DNA of 64,000 bases from an uncultured Candidatus Rokubacteria bacterium (lineage in GTDB: Bacteria; Methylomirabilota; Methylomirabilia; Rokubacteriales; CSP1-6). Below the pieces are notes generated by a model that worked only from the letters and a program-made list of their open reading frames with translations, had not been told where the DNA came from and did not search any database. The stretch spans positions 640,001 to 704,000 of the forward strand of contig CAVWFS010000007.1 in assembly GCA_963754315.1 (NCBI GenBank), read 5' to 3'. The position numbers and the translations under genes were made by a program. Position 1 is the stretch's first letter, and every line of letters begins with the position of its first letter. This document shows, one piece after another, positions 10,307 through 20,142 of the stretch.

Positions 10307-11635
10307 ATGAGCGCCAGCCTGAACCGCCGCCGATTCCTGACCGTCTCGGTTGCCGCCGCCGCGGCCTCTACTGGTATCGAAGGAATTCTGGCGGCTCAGC
10401 GCGCTCCTGCCTACGCACAGGGGACGAAGCTCCACATCGTGCGCTGGAACGACTTCATCCCCGAAGCCGATGTCGAGCTCAAGCGTCAAGCACCCGAAGC
10501 GAGCAAGGCGTTGGGCGCCGAGGTGACCTTCGAGTTCATCAACGCCAATGACCTCCAGCCCCGCATCACGGCGGCTATCCAGTCCGGGGCGGGCGCCGAC
10601 ATCTTCCAGATGATCTGGAACTGGCCTCACCTCTACGCCAACGGCCTCATCGATGTGTCAGACGTGGCTGAGCCCATCGGCAAGAGCGAAGGCGGGTTCT
10701 ACGACGCGTTTCCCGCGGCCTGCAAGGTGGGCGGCCGCTGGCTGGCGGTGCCGCACGGCACGGGTGGCAACGCGGTCGCCTACCGAAAGTCGTGGCATGC
10801 GGAGATCGGCGTCACGGAGTTTCCGAAGACATGGGACGCCTGGCGCGAGATCGGCAAGAAGCTGAAGGCCAAGGGCAGACCCGTCGGTCAGGCTCTCGGC
10901 CACAGCTTTGGCGATCCGCCGGGCTTCTCCTACCCGCTGCTCTGGAGTTTCGGGGGGGCCGAGACCGATCCCAGCGGCAAGAAGGTGGTCATCAACTCCA
11001 AGGGCACCATTGAATCCGTGAAGTTCATGCAGGCGTTCTGGAAGGACGCCTGTGACGAGGGCGGGCTGGCCTGGGACGACACCAACAACAACCGGGCCTT
11101 CCACGCCGGCGAGATCTCCGCCACCCTGAACGGGGCGTCAATTTACATCGTGGCCAAGCGCCAGAAGGACAAGATCAAGGACGAGAAGGGCGAGCCCCTC
11201 TGGCAGGACATCGAGCATGCGGCGCCCTTGCCGGGCGGGCCAGCCGGTCAGGCCGCGCTCTATGCCACCTTCGAGCACGCCGTGATGAAGTACTCGAAGA
11301 ACCAGAAGGTGGCCAAGGATCTCCTGCGCTGGCTGCACAAGCCCGAGAACTACGGCAAGTGGTTCGACGTGAACGAAGGCTACACGGTGGGCGCGACCAA
11401 AGTCTGGGAAGAAAATCCGATGTGGTCACGCATCGACAAGCCCTTGCAGATCTTCCGCCGCGCGGCGCGACACACCCGCACCCTCGGGTATCAGGGGCCA
11501 CCGACCGCCAAGGCCACCGAGTCATACTCGAAGTACATCATCGTGGACATGTACGCCAAGGGCTGCCAGGGCATGAAAGCCGAGGATGCCGTGAAGTGGG
11601 CGGAGACCGAGCTCAAGAAGATCTATGAGGCTTGA
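10307..11635 (+). CDS. Extracellular solute-binding protein (family 1, sugar-type), Tat signal
   Basis: NRRRFLT twin-arginine motif; AAGGAGG RBS; P.TWD and WDDTNNNRAF motifs. Confidence 0.88.
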   Translation: MSASLNRRRFLTVSVAAAAASTGIEGILAAQRAPAYAQGTKLHIVRWNDFIPEADVELKRQAPEASKALGAEVTFEFINANDLQPRITAAIQSGAGADIFQMIWNWPHLYANGLIDVSDVAEPIGKSEGGFYDAFPAACKVGGRWLAVPHGTGGNAVAYRKSWHAEIGVTEFPKTWDAWREIGKKLKAKGRPVGQALGHSFGDPPGFSYPLLWSFGGAETDPSGKKVVINSKGTIESVKFMQAFWKDACDEGGLAWDDTNNNRAFHAGEISATLNGASIYIVAKRQKDKIKDEKGEPLWQDIEHAAPLPGGPAGQAALYATFEHAVMKYSKNQKVAKDLLRWLHKPENYGKWFDVNEGYTVGATKVWEENPMWSRIDKPLQIFRRAARHTRTLGYQGPPTAKATESYSKYIIVDMYAKGCQGMKAEDAVKWAETELKKIYEA

Positions 11636-11672
11636 GCGACGTCGAAGCGACGTATCGATCGGGTCAGACATC

Positions 11673-12959
11673 GTGGATCGCCGGCGCTTCCTGAAGACGT
11701 CGGCCGCCATCGCGGGTGTCGCGTCGGGCGCCCTGGAGGGCATACTGGCTGCCGGTCGAGCCCCCGCCCACGCCCAGGGAACCCGGCTTCACTTCCTGCA
11801 GTGGTCGCACTTTGTTCCCGCGGCCGACACCCTGTTCGAGGTGCAGGCCAAGGAGTTCGGCAAGCAAGCGGGGGTGGAGATCGCGATCGAGCGCATCAAC
11901 CAGAACGACATCCAGGCCCGTACCACCGCCGCCGTACAGAGCAGCTCCGGTCCCGACATCATCCTCCTCAACAACAACTACCCGCACCTGTACCAGGAAT
12001 CCCTGGCTGACGTGAGCGATGTGGCCGAGGAGATCGGGGCCAAGCAGGGAGGGTGGTGGGACTACGCCAAGGTAAATTGCTTCGCCGGCAACCGCTGGGT
12101 GGCGGTGCCCTACTTCATCATCTCCTGGGCCGTGACCTATCGTGAGGACTGGTTCAAGGAGGCCGGCCTCGAGTATCCCAAGACCTGGGACGAGTTCAGG
12201 AAGGCCGGGCGGGCCATGAAAGCCAAGGGCAAGCCTTTCGGGCAAGCCTTCGGCCACAGCATCAACGATCCGAACGCCTGGGCCTACCCGATAATCTGGA
12301 TGTGGGGCGGCATGGAGGTCCAGAAGGACGGCCGCACGGTCGCCATCAACAGTAAGGCCACCGTCGACGCTCTGAAGTTCACCCAGGCCCTCTGGAAAGA
12401 CTGCTTCGACGAGGGCGGCCTGGCCTGGGACGACTCGAACAACAACCGTGCCTTCCTCTCCCAGGAAATCTCCCTGACCGGCAACGCCCCGAGCATCTAC
12501 GTTGCTGCGCGCCAGAAGTTTCCCGACGTGTACAAGGGAACGAATCACGGGCATTACCCGCCCGGACCGGCCGGGCGCTTCTACTGGCTCCCGAACTACA
12601 ACAGCTGCGTGATGCGGTACTCCAAGAATCAGAAGATCGCCAAGGACTTCATCCGCTACTACATGGACCGGCCCCAGTACGACAAGTACTTCGAGGTGAT
12701 GGATACCTTCGGGATCCCCGGGACGAGAGTGTACCGGGAGAGCCCGCTGTGGCGGAAGGATCCGCGCACGGCGGTGTTCCCGGAGACCTTGCAGTCGGCC
12801 CGCCCGGTGGGCTACGCGGGTCCACCCGGCCGCAAGGCCACCGAGGTCCTGAGCAAGTTCATCATGGTCGACATGTACGCCAAGACCCTGCAAGGAATGC
12901 GGGCCGAGGACGCCGTGAAGTGGGCGGAAGGCGAGCTGAAGCGGATCTACGAGAGCTGA
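11673..12959 (+). CDS. Second extracellular solute-binding protein (paralogue of upstream gene), Tat signal
   Basis: DRRRFLK Tat motif; shares EGILAA.RAPA.AQGT.LH, DEGGLAWDD.NNNRAF and AEDAVKWAE.ELK.IYE with the upstream gene. Start uncertain (GTG 11673 or ATG 11625). Confidence 0.86.
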   Translation: MDRRRFLKTSAAIAGVASGALEGILAAGRAPAHAQGTRLHFLQWSHFVPAADTLFEVQAKEFGKQAGVEIAIERINQNDIQARTTAAVQSSSGPDIILLNNNYPHLYQESLADVSDVAEEIGAKQGGWWDYAKVNCFAGNRWVAVPYFIISWAVTYREDWFKEAGLEYPKTWDEFRKAGRAMKAKGKPFGQAFGHSINDPNAWAYPIIWMWGGMEVQKDGRTVAINSKATVDALKFTQALWKDCFDEGGLAWDDSNNNRAFLSQEISLTGNAPSIYVAARQKFPDVYKGTNHGHYPPGPAGRFYWLPNYNSCVMRYSKNQKIAKDFIRYYMDRPQYDKYFEVMDTFGIPGTRVYRESPLWRKDPRTAVFPETLQSARPVGYAGPPGRKATEVLSKFIMVDMYAKTLQGMRAEDAVKWAEGELKRIYES

Positions 12960-12988
12960 GACGGCGGCAGGCCTCCGATGGACCCGGC

Positions 12989-14026
12989 ATGGTGATCGGA
13001 CGGCGCGCGCTGCTCCATGGTGCGGTCGCCTTCTGGGCTGCCCGTCCCGCGCTGGCGCAGGTCCCGGATGCAGGGCGCGAGCTGATGGCGCGCACGGCGA
13101 CCACCTTCTTGGCGTCCCTCGAGCCGCACCAGCGACGACGCGCGACCTTTTCCCTGACCGACCCGGAACGACTGAACTGGCACTACGTCCCCAGACGCCG
13201 GGAGGGGGTGCCGTTCAAGGAGATGACGCCGGCCAGCCGGAGCGCCACCCACGATCTCATGAAGGCCAGCCTGTCTCTGGTCGGCTATACGAAGGCCGTC
13301 AATATCATGCGTCTGGAGGGGGTCCTCCGGCAGCTGGAGACCTTCGGCGGGCTCCTTCGCGATGCCGAAAACTACGCGGTGACCGTCTTCGGAACGCCGG
13401 GAGCCGAAAACACATGGGCCTGGCGGCTCGAGGGCCACCATCTCTCCCTGAACTTCACCCTCGCTCCGGGCCGACCGGTCGCCGTCACACCTGCCTTCAT
13501 GGGGGCCAACCCGGCTCTGGTGCGAGAAGGGCCGCTCAAGGGGCTGCGCACGTTGGCCGAGGAGCAGGATCTGGCGCTCGCGCTCGCGCGCAGCGTCGAC
13601 ACGGGGCTGCGCGGGCGCCTGGTCATCGCCGGCAACTCGCTGGGCGACATCGTGAGCGGGCCGGGCCGGGGCGAGAGCCTCAAGACACTGGTGGGGGTCG
13701 CGCTGGGAGAGCTCAATGCCGAACAACGAGCCCTCGCCCTCCGCCTGATCGAAGTCTACGCGCGCAACATGCAGGCGGAGATGGCCGAGGAGCACCTGCG
13801 GCGGCTGCGCGACGACGGGATCGAGCGTGTGCACTTCGCCTGGGCTGGTCCCATCGACACGCGGCACGCCCACTACTATCGCCTCCACGGCCCTACCCTG
13901 CTCATCGAGTACGACAATAGCCAGAACGACGCCAATCACATCCACTCGGTCTGGCACGATCCGCAGAACGATTTCGGGGCAGATCTCCTGCGCGCTCACT
14001 ATCGCTCGCGCGATCACCGGGCCTGA
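12989..14026 (+). CDS. DUF3500-domain protein, probable Tat substrate
   Basis: GRRALL signal; WHYVPR, WAWRLEGHHLSLN, YYRLHGPTLLIEYDN and NHIHSVWHDP.NDFG family motifs. Confidence 0.82.
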   Translation: MVIGRRALLHGAVAFWAARPALAQVPDAGRELMARTATTFLASLEPHQRRRATFSLTDPERLNWHYVPRRREGVPFKEMTPASRSATHDLMKASLSLVGYTKAVNIMRLEGVLRQLETFGGLLRDAENYAVTVFGTPGAENTWAWRLEGHHLSLNFTLAPGRPVAVTPAFMGANPALVREGPLKGLRTLAEEQDLALALARSVDTGLRGRLVIAGNSLGDIVSGPGRGESLKTLVGVALGELNAEQRALALRLIEVYARNMQAEMAEEHLRRLRDDGIERVHFAWAGPIDTRHAHYYRLHGPTLLIEYDNSQNDANHIHSVWHDPQNDFGADLLRAHYRSRDHRA

Positions 14027-14056
14027 TCGGCGTCGCGTTCCTTGACGGAGACGTCG

Positions 14057-15055
14057 TCACCCACCCCCCGTCTTTGCCCGCAGCACGTCATCCAGGATGC
14101 GGCGAGCGAGGATCGGTCCGCGGGTGATGAAGCCCGTGAAGTAACCGACGGCAGTCGCCCCCGCCTCGAGCAGGGCCAGGGCCTTCTCGGGAGAATCGAC
14201 GCCGCCGGTACCGATGATGTCCAGTGTGTCGCCGAAGCGCGCCCGGGTCCGTCGCACCTGATCCAGGGTGGCCGGGAAGATCTCGGGCCCAGAGAGACCG
14301 CCCGCCCCCTGGGAGAGGCGCGACTCCTTGATCCGCCGGGCATTGCCGTAGTTGACGATGCGGATGCCCGCCTCGAGCGCGGCCGGGATGATGTGGCGCT
14401 CGTTGCTGTCCCCGAAGTCGGGCGAGAGCTTCACGATGAGGGGCGTGGGCACCGATGCCCTCACCCGTGCCAGCGTCTCCCGCAGCTCGGTCGGCCGCGT
14501 GCTCCACGTGTACACCAGCTCGGTGTTGGGCGACGACACGTTCATCTCCACCAGGTCGGCCAGCGGAGCGACGGCCCGTACCAGTGCCACATAGTCCTCG
14601 CCCGACTCTCCTGCCACGCTGACGATGAGCGGCACCCGATGCTTCATGTCACGGATCGATTGGCAGAAGGCATCGAGGCCGGGATTCTGGAATCCATTGC
14701 AGTTGACGAGCCCGGGACCAGCCGGGGTGCGCGTGCGCACCAGATTCGGTAGCGGATGCCCCTGACGGGGCTGACGCGTGATGCTCTTGGTCGTCACCGC
14801 GCCAAATCCCAGCCCCATGACCCGCATGAGGATCCGTCGATCGTAGTACATCGCGGCCAGGATCAAGGGGTTGGGCAGACGCACTCCACCCAGCCGCGTC
14901 TCCAGAGCCGGGTGATGCCGTCGGAATACCGGCAGGTGATCGAGAGGTGCGATGCGCAGCAGCGCCTGGCCGAAGCGAACTGCGGTCGGTTCGGGCAGGC
15001 GGGCGAGGAAGCCATCGTAAAACACTCGATACAGGGCGGCCGCCGGCGTGATCAT
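14057..15055 (-). CDS. pyrD: Dihydroorotate dehydrogenase, class 2-like
   Basis: GFGAVTTKSIT, N..GFQNPG, NVSSPNT (Ser catalytic loop), VKLSPD, GGLSG, IGTGGV; N-terminal helical extension. Confidence 0.82.
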   Translation of the reverse strand: MITPAAALYRVFYDGFLARLPEPTAVRFGQALLRIAPLDHLPVFRRHHPALETRLGGVRLPNPLILAAMYYDRRILMRVMGLGFGAVTTKSITRQPRQGHPLPNLVRTRTPAGPGLVNCNGFQNPGLDAFCQSIRDMKHRVPLIVSVAGESGEDYVALVRAVAPLADLVEMNVSSPNTELVYTWSTRPTELRETLARVRASVPTPLIVKLSPDFGDSNERHIIPAALEAGIRIVNYGNARRIKESRLSQGAGGLSGPEIFPATLDQVRRTRARFGDTLDIIGTGGVDSPEKALALLEAGATAVGYFTGFITRGPILARRILDDVLRAKTGGG

Positions 15056-15158
15056 CGCTCGACTTATAGCACGCCCTCGGCGGCTGGATTCCCCTTGACA
15101 CGCCTCGGTCGTCGCAGGTACGTGAGGCGAAGGGGCGGCGCTCGTACAAGGAGACGCG

Positions 15159-16166
15159 ATGCAGATCGGATTTCATCTGACACCCTTCTGGAGCCCGACC
15201 GACCGCGGGCCCACGCAGATCATCGACGAGGCCATCGAGGTCGTCGCGGCCGCCGCGCACATGGGCTTTGCCTGGGTCTCGATCGGCCAGCACTGGCTCT
15301 CCCACCCGACCGTATGGCCGCAGCCCTTTCCGATCCTGGCGCGGCTGGCCCCGGAGACGGGCACCATGCGCCTCAAGACTTCGGTCTTGCTGCTGCCCAT
15401 CGTCAACGCAGTGGAAGCGGCCGAGAACATCGCCACCCTCGATCACATCACTCACGGCCGTCTCGACGTCGGGGTAGCCATTGGCTATCGCGACCGGGAG
15501 CTCGAGACCGCGCGGCTGGCCCGGCGAGATCGGGTCCCCAAGCTCGAGGAGTCTCTCGCCCTCATGAAGCTGCTGTGGAGCGGCCAACCGGTCACCTTCC
15601 CGGGAAGGTACACCCGTGTCACCGACGGTCGTCTCGGCTTCACCCCCTATCAGAGGCCCCACCCGCCCCTGGAGATGGGAGCCCAGAGCGATGGAGCCAC
15701 GCGCCGCGCGGCCCGGCTCACCGACGGCGTGTTCTTCGGCCCGCAGGTCGCCTGGCGCGACATCGGCCGTCTTGCCACGCTCTTCCGCCAGACGCGGACC
15801 GACATCGGCACTCCCACGCCGGGAAGTGTGGGAGCGTCGCGCTGCCTCATTGTCGCGGCGGACAAGACGGCGGCCCTGGTCGCCGCGCGTGACTACCTCG
15901 AGAAGACCTTCGCGATGTACAAGACATGGGAGATGCAGGAATCGACAATGGTGCCCCTTCAGCTCGGGTTCGAGACGGGCCTCGACGACTGGACGTTGAA
16001 CGGCTCGCCGAAGGACTGTGTGGAGGCGCTCGGGCGCGCTCGCCAGATGGGGCTCGACAAGATCGGCGTCACGATCTACAGCCTGCCGCGCGAGGTCCGA
16101 GCCCGAATCGACTATCTGCAGATGATCGCAGAGGAAGTGGTCAAGCCAGCCGGGGCTCTCGCGTGA
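15159..16166 (+). CDS. LLM-class flavin-dependent oxidoreductase
   Basis: AENIATLDHITHGRLDVGVAIGYR luciferase-like motif, PYQRPHPP, RRAARL.DG; AAGGAG RBS and TTGACA at 15095. Confidence 0.9.
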   Translation: MQIGFHLTPFWSPTDRGPTQIIDEAIEVVAAAAHMGFAWVSIGQHWLSHPTVWPQPFPILARLAPETGTMRLKTSVLLLPIVNAVEAAENIATLDHITHGRLDVGVAIGYRDRELETARLARRDRVPKLEESLALMKLLWSGQPVTFPGRYTRVTDGRLGFTPYQRPHPPLEMGAQSDGATRRAARLTDGVFFGPQVAWRDIGRLATLFRQTRTDIGTPTPGSVGASRCLIVAADKTAALVAARDYLEKTFAMYKTWEMQESTMVPLQLGFETGLDDWTLNGSPKDCVEALGRARQMGLDKIGVTIYSLPREVRARIDYLQMIAEEVVKPAGALA

Positions 16167-16181
16167 GCCCGAGACGCTGAC

Positions 16182-17174
16182 GTGCTGCGACCGTTCAGCC
16201 TCCATCAGCCCCTGACCCTCGGCGAGGTCGGTGCTCTCCTGCAGCAGTACCGCGACGACGCCGTGCTCTATGCAGGGGGCACGGAGCTCCTCCTGGTGAT
16301 GAAGGAGGGGCTCCTCCGGCCGCGCCATGTGGTCGATCTCAAACGGATCCCAGATCTCGACGTGATCGCCGACGCGGACGGAACCCTGGACATCGGGGCT
16401 ACGACGCGTCATCGCACCGTCGAAACCTCCCCGCTCGTCCACGCGCGGTGTCCGCTCGTGAGCGAGGTCGCTCGCCATGTCGCCAACGTACGCGTCCGGA
16501 ACATGGGAACGGTCGGTGGCAACCTGGCCTTCGCCGATCCGCACAGCGATCTGGCTACCCTCTTTCTCGCGCTCGATACGAGCCTCCTCCTCTGGTCGTC
16601 ACACGGGATCCGCGAGTTGCCGCTCGGAGAGTTCGTCCGCGAGGCCTACCAGACGGCCCGCGAAGACGATGAGGTGCTGACCACGGTGCGCCTCCGCCCC
16701 TGGCCGCCGGGGACGACGGCGACCTACATCAAGTTCGGCGTCTACGAGCGCCCTACCCTTGGTGTGGCCGTGGCCATGGTGCCCGCTCACGCCAACGCAC
16801 CGGCCGCCCTCCGGATGGCGGTGGGCTGTATTGGCCCGGTCCCGCAGCGCCTGCACACTCTCGAGGCGCAAGCGATGGGCGAATCGCCTTCGCATCTTGC
16901 CGCCCACGCGGCGGAGCTATCGGCGTGGGCCGCCGAGGAGGTCGAGGCGGTCGACGATCGGCACGGCTCGGCGGAGTACAAGCGCGAGCTCACCCGGGTC
17001 TTTGTTCGCCGTGCCCTTCAGGCCACGGCCGCCCGGATCGCGGGAGAGACCGCTCCCCCGCAGTGGGCGCACGCGGTGGTGCTTATTCAGATGGGGGGCG
17101 GATGTTTGATGGGGGGCCTCGAAAGGGCCCCCCAGGCCCCCCAGGGTGGCTCGGAGCGTCCCGGGCACCCGTGA
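16182..17174 (+). CDS. Xanthine dehydrogenase/CoxM family FAD-binding subunit (C-terminus runs into repeat)
   Basis: AGGTELL, VRNMGTVGGNLAFADP.SD, DDRHGSAEYKR; the last ~20 codons are repeat sequence. Confidence 0.9.
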   Translation: MLRPFSLHQPLTLGEVGALLQQYRDDAVLYAGGTELLLVMKEGLLRPRHVVDLKRIPDLDVIADADGTLDIGATTRHRTVETSPLVHARCPLVSEVARHVANVRVRNMGTVGGNLAFADPHSDLATLFLALDTSLLLWSSHGIRELPLGEFVREAYQTAREDDEVLTTVRLRPWPPGTTATYIKFGVYERPTLGVAVAMVPAHANAPAALRMAVGCIGPVPQRLHTLEAQAMGESPSHLAAHAAELSAWAAEEVEAVDDRHGSAEYKRELTRVFVRRALQATAARIAGETAPPQWAHAVVLIQMGGGCLMGGLERAPQAPQGGSERPGHP

Positions 17175-17310
17175 CGCCCCTCGGCCAACGCCCGATTCCG
17201 CGGGCCTCGAAAGGGCCCCCCAGAGCAGCTCGGAGCGCCCCGGGACACCCGCGCTCCTCGGTCACACGCCCGATTCCGGGGGCCTCGAACGCGCCCCCCA
17301 TGCCCCCAGG
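17111..17310 (+). repeat. Tandem array of GC-rich hairpin repeat units (89 bp, 78 bp, then partial)
   Basis: GGGCCTCGAA(A)GGGCCCCCC-like hairpin heads at 17111, 17200 and 17278; GCTCGGAGCG.CCCGGG and ACGCCCGATTCC recur; homologous to the reverse complement of 24143-24344. Confidence 0.9.
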
Positions 17311-17399
17311 GCGCGGGCGGCGGCGGAGCGAGCCTCGGTGGTCTGCACGATTCGGACAGTGCCGCAACTGATCGGGACTCGAACGCCAGGCGTATCGTC

Positions 17400-17858
17400 G
17401 TGATGGTGAACGGCCGCGCCACGCAGGTGGAGGTAGCACCGCATGCGCTGCTGTTGGACGTGCTACGAGACCGCCTGGGGCTCAAGGGGGCCAAGCGTTC
17501 GTGCGACATCCAAGTGTGCGGGGCCTGCACGGTGCTGGTGGACGGCAGGCCGGTGAGCGCCTGTACCTACCTGGCGCGGGAGGTCGACGGGCGCAACGTG
17601 CGCACCGTCGAAGGGCTCACCGACGGCGAATCGCTTCATCCACTGCAGGAGGCCTTCGTCGAGCGCGGCGCCGTACAGTGCGGCTTCTGTACCTCGGGAA
17701 TGCTGCTGAGCGCGGTCGCGCTGCTCGCCGAGCAAGCCGCTCCGTCCAGAGAGGGCATCGTGCACTACCTGCGCGGCAATCTCTGTCGTTGCACGGGCTA
17801 CCGCAAGATCATCGACGCCATCGCGGACTGCGCGGCGAGTGAGGGGCCCCGCAGGTGA
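17400..17858 (+). CDS. (2Fe-2S)-binding subunit, CoxS/XdhC family
   Basis: CDIQVCGACTV, QCGFCT and GNLCRCTGY cysteine motifs. Confidence 0.93.
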   Translation: MMVNGRATQVEVAPHALLLDVLRDRLGLKGAKRSCDIQVCGACTVLVDGRPVSACTYLAREVDGRNVRTVEGLTDGESLHPLQEAFVERGAVQCGFCTSGMLLSAVALLAEQAAPSREGIVHYLRGNLCRCTGYRKIIDAIADCAASEGPRR

Positions 17859-20132
17859 GCGACGGAGGATTTCGCGTCGTCGGGCAGTCGGTGCGTCGCC
17901 TCGATGCCCTCGAGAAGGTCACGGGGCGGGTCCGCTACGTGACGGATCTCGTCCTGCCGGGAATGCTTCATGCCAAGCTCCTGCGCTCGCCGTATCCGCA
18001 CGCGCGCCTCGGGCGCGTGGATGTCTCGCGAGCCAAGACCGTCAGCGGCGTGCACGCCGTGGTCACCAGCCAGGACCTCGGCTGGTGTGAGCCCTACTTC
18101 GGTCCTGCGTTCCGTGATCGTCCCATCCTCGCCGTAGAGGTGGCCCGCTACGAGGGAGAGCCGATAGCAGCGGTGGTCGCCGAGGATGACGCCGCGGCCG
18201 CTGAAGCTCTCGACCTGATCGACGTCGACTACGAGCCACTGCCCGCGGTGACCACCATCGAGGAGGCGCTGGCGGCGGGGGCGCCCCTCGTGCATACGTC
18301 CCGGCCCCTCGCGGGGCACTTTGCCGATCTGGCCTCACTCAAACCTGTGGCGGGAACCAACATCTGCCATCAGTTTGATCTGGTGCGGGGGCGCGGTGTC
18401 GACGCCTTTGACGAGGCCCAGCTGATCGTCGAGGACGTCTATCGCTTCCCGCGAGTGCAGCACTACTCCATGGAGCCGCACGCGGCGCTGGCCGAGTGGA
18501 GCGAGGAGAGCGGCCTGACCGTCTGGGCCTCGACCCAGAACCCGTACTCGGTACGCGCCGAGCTGGCCACGATGTTCGCCGTACCCCTCAGCCGGGTTCG
18601 AATCATCGTCCCGCCCCTCGGCGGCGGCTTTGGCGGCAAGACATACGCGAAACTCGAACCGATCGTGGGCGCGCTTGCGCGCATCGTTTCTCGACCGGTA
18701 CGTCTGGCCCTGTCCGTCGAGGAAGCCTTTCGCACCGTCCGTCGCTGCGATGCGCGTGCCCGCGTGCGCGTTGGCTTCAAGGGGGACGGCGCGCTGCTGG
18801 CCGTGCAGTGCCACGCGGACTTCGACGTCGGAGCCTACGCCGACATCGGGCCCCGTATCATTCAGAAGGGCACCTACACGGCGACGGGACCGTACCGAGT
18901 GCCGAACGTCATGCTCCACGCCAACGCCGTCTACACGAATACAACCCCAGGCGGCGCCTTCCGGGGCTTTGGCGTGCCGCAGCTCGCCTGGGCTCTCGAA
19001 TCTCTCATCGACGAGGCCGCTCGCCGCCTCGATCACGACCCGGTCGATCTTCGGCGGCAGAACCTGCTCGGCCACGGCGAAGAGTTCATGCCCGGTGACA
19101 CACCCATCGATGGAAAGTTCGAGGAAAGTCTGAACCGAGCCGCCGAAAGTATTCTCTGGACATCGGCTGACTCCTGCCAATCGTGGCCGTGGCATCGCGA
19201 TGATGATGAAGGCCAGTATCGGTCCCTCCGTCTCCGAGGCGATCGTGCGCCTCCACGCCGACGCGAGCGTGACGGTGCTGGCCAGCACGGTCGAGATGGG
19301 TCAGGGCGCTCGAACCGTCCTGGCCCAGATTGCGGCCGAAGTCCTGACCGTGCCCCTGGAGCGGATCACGGTGGCCATCCCGGACACGGCCGTCACTCCC
19401 TACGACCAGACAACCAGCTCCAGCCGTTCGACCACGATGATGGGGCGCGCCGTTCAAGAGGCTGCCGAGGATGTTCGCGACCAGCTCGTGCGCGTCGCCA
19501 GCCGCCACCTGGGTGTGGCCACCGGCAGCCTCCACGTGGCTGACGGGGCGGTCGTCGGGGAGAGATCTCGCATCCCCTACCCCGAGCTCCTCGTGGAGCG
19601 CTTCGGCATGGGAGGCGGCGAGCTGATCGGCCGAGGCGTGGTGGCTCCCGGGCGCAGCGCGGCCCCGCTCGGCGGGAGCACACCGTTCTGGGAGATGGCT
19701 GTCGGCGCCGCCACCGTGAGCGTCGATGAGGACACGGGGGCCGTCGTGGTGGAGGAGTATGTCTCGGTGGCCGACGTCGGCCGATGCATCAATCCGCAGC
19801 AGTGCGAGGGGCAGGACGAAGGCGCGGTAATGCAGGGAATCGGCCACACGCTGCTCGAGGAGATGGAGTACGACGGAGGGTATCTCCTCAATGCCAATCT
19901 GGTTGGCTATCGCGTGCCGCGCGCGGACGACGTTCCACCTCGTCTGCAGTGCCGGTTCGTCGAGAACGCCGACGGGGCGGGTCCGTTCGGCGCGAAAGGA
20001 GCGGGAGAGGGGAGCCTTATCCCGGTGAGCCCCGCCGTGGGCAACGCGCTCACCCGCCTCACTGGCGTGCGTTTCCGCGAGCTACCCTTGACACCCGAGC
20101 GAGTATGGCGCGCCCTGCGGGCTCGCCGATAG
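17855..20132 (+). CDS. Xanthine dehydrogenase family molybdopterin-binding subunit, apparent frameshift near 19165
   Basis: ORF 17855-19543 has EKVTG, GGGFGGK and AFRGFG; the frame of ORF 19200-20132 carries GRGIA, EMGQG, GAKGAGE and LPLTPERV. Together they give one ~760-aa protein. Confidence 0.88.
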
Positions 20133-20142
20133 ACGGCCCGCG

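Noticed and set aside
14649..16544. 631-aa antisense ORF and similar long shadow ORFs (e.g. 1203-2750, 11664-12893, 50865-52304)
   Set aside because: They overlap well-supported genes, lack motifs, and are expected in high-GC DNA.
19140..19200. Natural split or programmed frameshift in the Mo subunit
   Set aside because: The second part lacks an RBS and loses the conserved GRGIA if started at 19200; no slippery heptamer seen; a single indel explains it.
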